In this document: positions 58,501 through 64,000 of the stretch, piece after piece
Numbering within the stretch: the stretch's first letter is position 1
Layout of the letters: each line of letters begins with the position of its first letter
Assembly (NCBI RefSeq): GCF_018977255.1
Contig: NW_024704742.1
Coordinates: 108,378,001-108,442,000, forward strand
DNA: 64,000 nucleotides
Origin: Callorhinchus milii
Taxonomy: Eukaryota
Reading direction: 5' to 3'
The notes under the pieces: model-generated
What the model was told of the DNA's origin: nothing
The model's input: only the letters and a program-made list of their open reading frames with translations
Database searches by the model: none
Program-made: the position numbers and the translations under genes

Positions 58501-61500
58501 TCTTACTACAATAATGACAACTTGGAATTATACAGCACCTTTCATATAGGATGGCATCTCAGGCCGCTGTACTATCTAATATGCCCTGGAAGTGCAGATG
58601 TGTAAACATTAGATAAGAGCGGGATCAGGCTCAGCTTGGACAACTCCACCACACTCTCCCCTTATGTGCACAGAGTTTGCTGACTGGCAAGGCTTACATG
58701 AACATGAACATTACACATGAACACCTTTGAAGGCTTCAGCAGAACTGTAGTGAAATGGTGAAATGAAAAAAAGGTCAAACACTTTAGATAGAGGAGCTGA
58801 GGGAAGGCAGGAAAATTGGTGAGAATCACAAAACTATCCTCTATCACTAACTTTTATGGAACAGCATCGTAGCATTGGCAACAAAACAACAACAACAAAA
58901 TTACATTTGTATAGCGCCTTTCACGTCAGGGGGACGTTCCAGGGCGCTAGACAGACAGAGTTATGGACCCAGGGTGGGGGAGGGTGGAGGGCAACAGGAG
59001 AAGCTTGGAGATCGAAAGCACGGTCGAAGAAGAGTCTTGAGGTGGGTTTTGAAGGTGGTGAGGGAGGGGGTGAGACGGAGGGACTGCGGGATGGAGTTCC
59101 AGTGGGTGGGTGCAGAGTGCCGGTAGGCCAGCCCGCTGATAGTGGGGTGAGCAAGGCAGGGGAACATGAAGTAGGCCGGATTCTGCTGAGCAGAGGGAGC
59201 GAACAGGGGTTAGGAGGTCGGAGAGGTAAGGGGGAGCAAGACTGTGGAGGGCTTTGAAGGTGAGGACCAGGATCTTGAAATGTATCCTCTGTGTGATGGG
59301 AAGCCAGCGGAGTTGGGCAAAGATGGGGGTGATAGGGTCGCAGAGCCTAGTGCGGGAGAGAACACGGGCTGCAGAGTTCTGGATGATCCACAGTCTGTGG
59401 AGGGAGGAGTTGGGGAAGCCGACAAGCAGTGAATTTGCATAGTCGAGCCTCGATATAATGAAGGTATAACAGGTATAAAGCAATAATAGTCAGAGGGAGG
59501 CACATTGTCATGGACTCCTTATTTGGATACTACTATAATTTGTAGCCCAGTGGCACAGCAGCCTTCTGCTGAATGAGTTTCTTATACAGGGAAAGTGAAC
59601 AGCAGGGATTTTGAGGGTCTAATGTTGTTGCTGCAGCAAGCCGACCCAGCTCAAACTGCTCAGCAGAGCAGCACATTCCTGCATTCCACACAGCCTCTGA
59701 AGCAGTCAGTTTTACTGATGACACACACAGAACCATAACTAAACTGCACTCAAATTCATAAAATGCAGATCTTATACAAGTACAAAATCTAGATGTTTGC
59801 AAATTATTTGCAGTATTCCTTGTTCAAAAATTCCACTGGTGATGCTGCCAGTGTCTGAGGTGTGGAGGCACTGACGAAAGCCAATCAGGAGAGCCTCGGT
59901 CTTGCTGATGTTCAACTGTAGAAAGTTGGCTCTCAATCAGAACTTGATGTCAGGGCATCAGTGGTCCTGGGGTTGAGGGTGGAGGCCGAGAGATAGAGTT
60001 GGGTGTCATTTGCGTACATGTAGAAGTTGACCCCATGTCTGCAAATGTGGGTTAGCCCGGTGTTATGCAATACATCTTGATGACACAGCTATGTTTCAGT
60101 GTCTATCAAAGACATGGAGGTTAAAGACTGGTCTTCTTATTGTGTATGACTCGTCAGTGGACAAGGAAATGGATTGACTCTGGTTCAGCAACCAGGAATG
60201 ATGCTAGTGAGGCCATCAGGTTTATTCAGACAGTTCACACAGAGGCTCCATAACTCACACAGAGGCTTCACTGTTGCCCAGTAAACTATCAGAAAGAAAA
60301 TAAATAGCACAACGTTAACTACGTCACAGAACTAGTGAAAACAGAGAGGCTGGTTGTTTTCTCTTATTTCCTTAGAATCTTTACCAAGTTCACTTCACTC
60401 ATCATTGCATTCTGCCTTAAATCCTCAAGCGTAGGTTTCAACTTTATATCCTTCAACCTCTTCCGAGTAAACATTTGCATCGGAAACAACTCTGTCTGCC
60501 CCAAGCAGGGGGCAAAAAGAAGGTTTCTTTCCCAAGCTGTAACCTCTCCCCCTCCCCCAGCTCGTTCTCTCACTAACACGCATGTTCTGAGCACCATAAG
60601 TCTGGTGATAAATGGACAGTATTTGAAAGAGACAAGGAGTCCCTTAGAATGCTGAGGATATTGTTCATTACTCGTGACATCAATAAATTGCTCATTCTGT
60701 TTCTTTCCAGGACTGACAAAAACAAAGTTAGATTATTGGAAGCATCCTGTAATGACTTAGAAAACTACATCCTTAGAGAAGATCTGGGAACGAGCGAGGG
60801 AAGTCGTTGCGAACCCTAATTCCATTAACAGTATTAAGGTCCATTAGCATTGCCCCAGCAGCTGCCTGGTGTACTCGGGTGCATAAACAACAGGATGTGG
60901 TATAATATTTGGAAATAATATTTAAAATCACAATTTAAACCACTGTTCCAAAGATTTTCTTCGGCATTGATATTGAGGCTTTAGAGGAACAGCATAAAAG
61001 GATAACCATATGAATATCTCCTCTCTGTCAGCTGTGCAGGTGCTGGTAGATGCAGAAAAAAAGTTTGAGTCATTGCTAAGGCTTGTTTTGGTCAGCCAGG
61101 TGTCTGACACATGTGGCAACCCATCACCATGCTTAACAGTATCCAAACCAAACTGAGATTTCCATGCATTCCACCTACACATGGAAATTCCCATGTCTGG
61201 AATGGAATGTTCATTGGTAGCTAATCGCAGAGAGTATTGGGGTGCAGATTGGCAAGTATTTTTGAATGAAAAGTATTCCGAGACACCGTCCGGCGTGAAG
61301 GGAGCTATATAAAAGCAAGTTATTATTGCTGAATGAGGTAAAATAACTTGTGTGCTGTAAGTGAGGATAGTCAGTCCTAGAACAACCCATAGTCAAATAA
61401 TGCCTAAATTAACTCAGAAAAAGCCTCCAACATCTTTGCCACAAAATAGACCTCAACCCAACCCTCTCAAAGCACCACTTCCTCCACCAGATGCCCAAAG

Positions 61501-63374
61501 GCTGCTCAGAGCAACGCTGTCACTTGGAAATTATTTGCCTGAATTATGACTTGTTTGTGTGTATGGGGAGGAGAAGGATGTTGTTGCTTTTCCACAGGAA
61601 ATTAGATCAAGAGCGCCCACATTAATGTCTTTTAGAATTTCTACAGTTCACAGAGAGGAGTGTTTCATCTCATCTGTCTGGCCTGGATTCAGGTCCTGGT
61701 CTGACATATAAAAGGCCAATGCTCTAACTCACTGCACCACTCACTTCCTTGCTCATAACTCTATTCAATCTCAGTACAAATTGAACAGATCTCAGCTAAG
61801 TCTGTGTGACGGCTGGTGACAATTGTAATCTGGAATTGCGGAATCTACAATTCCTCTTTTTGTGGGTTGCATTTAGTCTTGAAATAGTCCGTTCATGGGA
61901 AACGTGTTCAAGGCTCTCTTAGGTTTTAGGTTGTTTGCTGCATGCAAGAAAAAGAATATCATTGGAAAGATGGTTTAAAATGCTGAGACTTCAGTATGCA
62001 TTCAGCACACAAAACTAAAGATTTATAAGTAAATCACAAACTGTGAATGGGCCACTGTTTCAACTCTATCCTGCATGAAGGCCACGATATAAATGCAAGT
62101 TGTTTTTGCTTGTTGGTGTTTAATGGAAAGATCCTCCGACAACCATATTCTGATGCTCCTACAAATGTGGATTAGGCTTAAGATGAACCATAGGCGTGAC
62201 ATGAGATCATGCCATTGTTGATATGTACAGGAATGTACATTCCCCGAGGATAGAGTTCAAAATCCTCCTCCTTGGCTTCAAGGCCCTCCACGGTCTTGCT
62301 CCTTCCTATCTCTGTGACATGCTGACCCCATATCAACCTGTCCTCTCCCTCCGCTCAGCAGGCTCCGGGCTGCCACGTCCACCATCGACAGTCGGGTCTT
62401 CGGCCCCTCTGCCCCCACCCTTTGGAACTCCATCCTACATTCCCTTCGCCTTGCTGCCCCCCTTGCCTCCTTCAGGGCACGTCTCAAGACCCTACTCTTC
62501 AACCGTGCCTTGGGCCACCTTCCTGCCCTCCACCCTCTCTGATCCCACCACCCCCCCAGCTCGGGTCCAAATCCCTATCTGTCAAGCAACTTAGGATGGC
62601 CTCCTGATGTGAAAGACACGTTACAAATGTAATTTTGTATTGTATAAGATGGGCAGTTTATGACATTACTACTCCCAAATTCAAATTAAACAAAACAAAA
62701 ACATTTCCCTGAAAGCCAGTGCGTAGAGACACTGGCCAGGTCCCAGGTATGAATCCCAGGCTGTGCTGAGTTAGCTGAAATTATAATTGGACTCTGGTGA
62801 AGCCTGGGTTAACCAATGCTCTCTGTGACTCAGTATCCGACACTTAATGACTAAGCTCACACCCGAACGCTTGATTAGCTGCTGAGAGTGACCCACAGCA
62901 AAGAGTCAGTCCCTTCAGGAGAAAAGGCCTTCCAACCAAAATAAAAAGAGCATTATTGGATTCATTTTACCACTTTGTAAAAATCATTCATCCAATTGAA
63001 CCTTTGCCAAATGCATTGCACACACACACCACAAAGACTTATGTGGTCACACTAGTACAGGACAGTGTTTTAAATCTTCCCAATTACAGCAGAGACTAGA
63101 ATTCAGTTTGAAGTGAAACTGCATTGCAGTCTAACACTTCAATAAATGTCATTCATACAGCGGAGATTTAGGCGATACAGTATTTTGAGTCTCAGTTGCA
63201 CACAGTAGCAAAGAGCACTGGCAGACCTCAGTGAGGATTGTCTTTAAACTTACCCAGTTTCTTTAAGGGGTAGGAGATATTGAAGTAGCTCTCATAAAAA
63301 TCAAGCAGCTTCACTGCTGCTTCCAGGGCGTAATGGATTTGCTCCATCTTGTGAGGAACAGCGTGTACTGATAC
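37404..63374 (-). CDS. LNPEP: Leucyl-cystinyl aminopeptidase-like M1 zinc aminopeptidase (IRAP), 5'-partial, 14 coding exons
   Basis: The 14 exons total 1965 nt in one open frame, all GT-AG. Motifs [51 protein letters not shown]; ends LKTWL-stop. No ERAP1/2-type extra loop exon after LWNSIAK. Convergent with LIX1. Confidence 0.88.
39237..39315 (-). CDS. LNPEP: LNPEP exon
   Basis: [26 protein letters not shown]. Confidence 0.88.
39786..39926 (-). CDS. LNPEP: LNPEP exon
   Basis: [20 protein letters not shown]...[13 protein letters not shown]. Confidence 0.92.
41149..41310 (-). CDS. LNPEP: LNPEP exon
   Basis: [24 protein letters not shown]...[11 protein letters not shown]. Confidence 0.92.
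42212..42396 (-). CDS. LNPEP: LNPEP exon
   Basis: [36 protein letters not shown]...LFNNW. Confidence 0.92.
42625..43725 (-). mobile_element. Degenerate L2 ORF2 fragment interrupted by a SINE
   Basis: [19 protein letters not shown] and PQGSVLGP remnants on either side of the SINE. Confidence 0.85.
43326..43690 (+). mobile_element. Same SINE family, with duplicated head, inserted in an L2
   Basis: Close match to 18949-19268; flanked by TTAAAGAG at 43309-43316 and 43688-43695. Confidence 0.9.
44094..44385 (-). mobile_element. L2 3' fragment
   Basis: L2 tail and [11 protein letters not shown] remnant. Confidence 0.8.
44498..44654 (-). CDS. LNPEP: LNPEP exon
   Basis: [29 protein letters not shown]...DLAGRMK. 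Confidence 0.92.
45740..45923 (-). CDS. LNPEP: LNPEP exon
   Basis: [26 protein letters not shown]...[13 protein letters not shown]. Confidence 0.92.
46427..46524 (-). CDS. LNPEP: LNPEP exon
   Basis: [32 protein letters not shown]. Confidence 0.9.
46667..47055 (+). repeat. Exact 37-bp direct repeat (46667-46703 and 47019-47055)
   Basis: TGTGATATTTATCAGGTTGAATGAGCCAGATAAAGCT occurs twice. Confidence 0.9.
48193..48417. repeat. Imperfect palindrome of about 225 bp (MITE-like)
   Basis: The two halves are reverse complements (ttcagg..tca/tga..cctgaa, tttgctg/cagcaaa, caggaagt/acttcctg) around tttagcttgctgctaaaa. Confidence 0.7.
49055..49227 (-). CDS. LNPEP: LNPEP exon
   Basis: [26 protein letters not shown]...QERF. 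Confidence 0.92.
50826..51180 (-). mobile_element. L2 3' fragment
   Basis: FKILILIFK remnant and L2 3' tail. Confidence 0.8.
52029..52160 (-). CDS. LNPEP: LNPEP exon
   Basis: [44 protein letters not shown]. Confidence 0.93.
53055..53388 (+). mobile_element. CR1-like LINE 3' end
   Basis: TRGH..K / FFTQR remnant and 3' UTR ttgggccgaatggcctgtttctgtgctgta; related pieces near 9340-9640, 790-860 and 53830-53930. Confidence 0.75.
53518..53649 (-). CDS. LNPEP: LNPEP exon
   Basis: [44 protein letters not shown]. Confidence 0.93.
54085..54198 (-). CDS. LNPEP: LNPEP exon (third zinc ligand)
   Basis: [38 protein letters not shown]. Confidence 0.95.
56157..57510 (-). mobile_element. Degenerate L2 (RT C-part to 3' tail) with an internal SINE fragment at about 56749-56919
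   Basis: [15 protein letters not shown] and LHWLP remnants; (CAA)n tail. Confidence 0.88.
57757..57911 (-). CDS. LNPEP: LNPEP exon (GAMEN, HEXXH)
   Basis: [51 protein letters not shown]. Confidence 0.95.
58883..59460 (-). mobile_element. L2 3' fragment
   Basis: [18 protein letters not shown] and FKILVLTFK; tail present. Confidence 0.85.
62241..62642 (+). mobile_element. L2 3' fragment
   Basis: [22 protein letters not shown] and tail. Confidence 0.8.
63254..63374 (-). CDS. LNPEP: LNPEP exon
   Basis: [40 protein letters not shown]; 121 nt. Confidence 0.9.
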
Positions 63375-64000
63375 CTATTAGAAAGGTAAGGAAATCATGT
63401 CACCAGAGGTCATCAGCATTCTCTAGCCACTTTGTGAAATTGGAAAACTTTTCAAGTTTGTCAAAGGTCAGGGTTTATTAGCCCAGGGCTTCAGACTGCT
63501 CCATCCCAACACTTCTCAGTTTTCCTTTTTCACCTGCAAAATCCAGTCACTACACATTTCAATAAATTTGGTGAAGATGACGGTTCCATGTGAAAAGTGC
63601 TATATCAAATGCAAAGATTATTCTTTATTCATACTGTACTATATTCAACCCGGCACAGGCCAACCCTCAACATTGCCAGCTCAGAGCAGAGGGTGAGACC
63701 AGATCATCTGCATACTGTCAGAAATTAATACAGTAAACCTTGCATTTAATATAGCACTTTTCACATGGAACCGTCATCTTCACCAAATTTATTGAAATGT
63801 GTAGTGACTGGATTTTGCAGGTGAAAAAGGGAAAACTGAGAAGTGTTGGGATGGAGCAGTCTGAAGCCCTGGGCTAATAAACCCCTGACCTTTGACAAAC
63901 TTGAAAAGTTTTCCAATTTCACCAAAGTGGCTAGAGAATGCTGATGACCTCTGGTGACATGATTTCCTTACCTTTCTAATAGGTATCAGTACACGCTGTT
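63357..64000. repeat. Fold-back inverted duplication (arms 63357-63614 and 63740-64000, running off the window)
   Basis: The right arm is the reverse complement of the left, with three 1-nt homopolymer insertions and one substitution near the turn. Confidence 0.95.

Noticed and set aside
37404..63374. ERAP1 or ERAP2 identity for the aminopeptidase
   Set aside because: No ERAP-type extra loop exon, YPLKKLD and EEMFD motifs, WL-stop terminus and position facing LIX1 favour LNPEP; not fully excluded without a phylogeny.

Overview
Vertebrate genomic DNA, most likely a cartilaginous fish (inferred from abundant L2 LINEs and tRNA-derived Deu-type SINEs with L2-like tails). I reconstructed three multi-exon genes by hand from GT-AG junctions with consistent phases. 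(1) LIX1-family gene on +, last five coding exons, 4572-11625. (2) LNPEP-like M1 aminopeptidase on -, last 14 coding exons, 63374-37404, with GAMEN and HELAH-x18-E. (3) Between them on -, an 8-coding-exon, about 461-aa gene (28200-18347) that fuses three N-terminal C2H2 zinc fingers to a complete 2'-5'-oligoadenylate synthetase (OAS) unit with an intact catalytic Asp triad. This zinc-finger OAS is the main finding. Its architecture is not that of canonical OAS1/2/3/OASL, it sits in the LNPEP-LIX1 interval, and it lacks several basic dsRNA-contact residues of the OAS core. The rest is introns and intergenic DNA rich in L2, CR1, SINE and MITE-like repeats, including a young L2 with an uninterrupted ORF. 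The window ends in a fold-back inverted duplication that may be an assembly artefact. Comparisons to human proteins are from memory, not from a database search.
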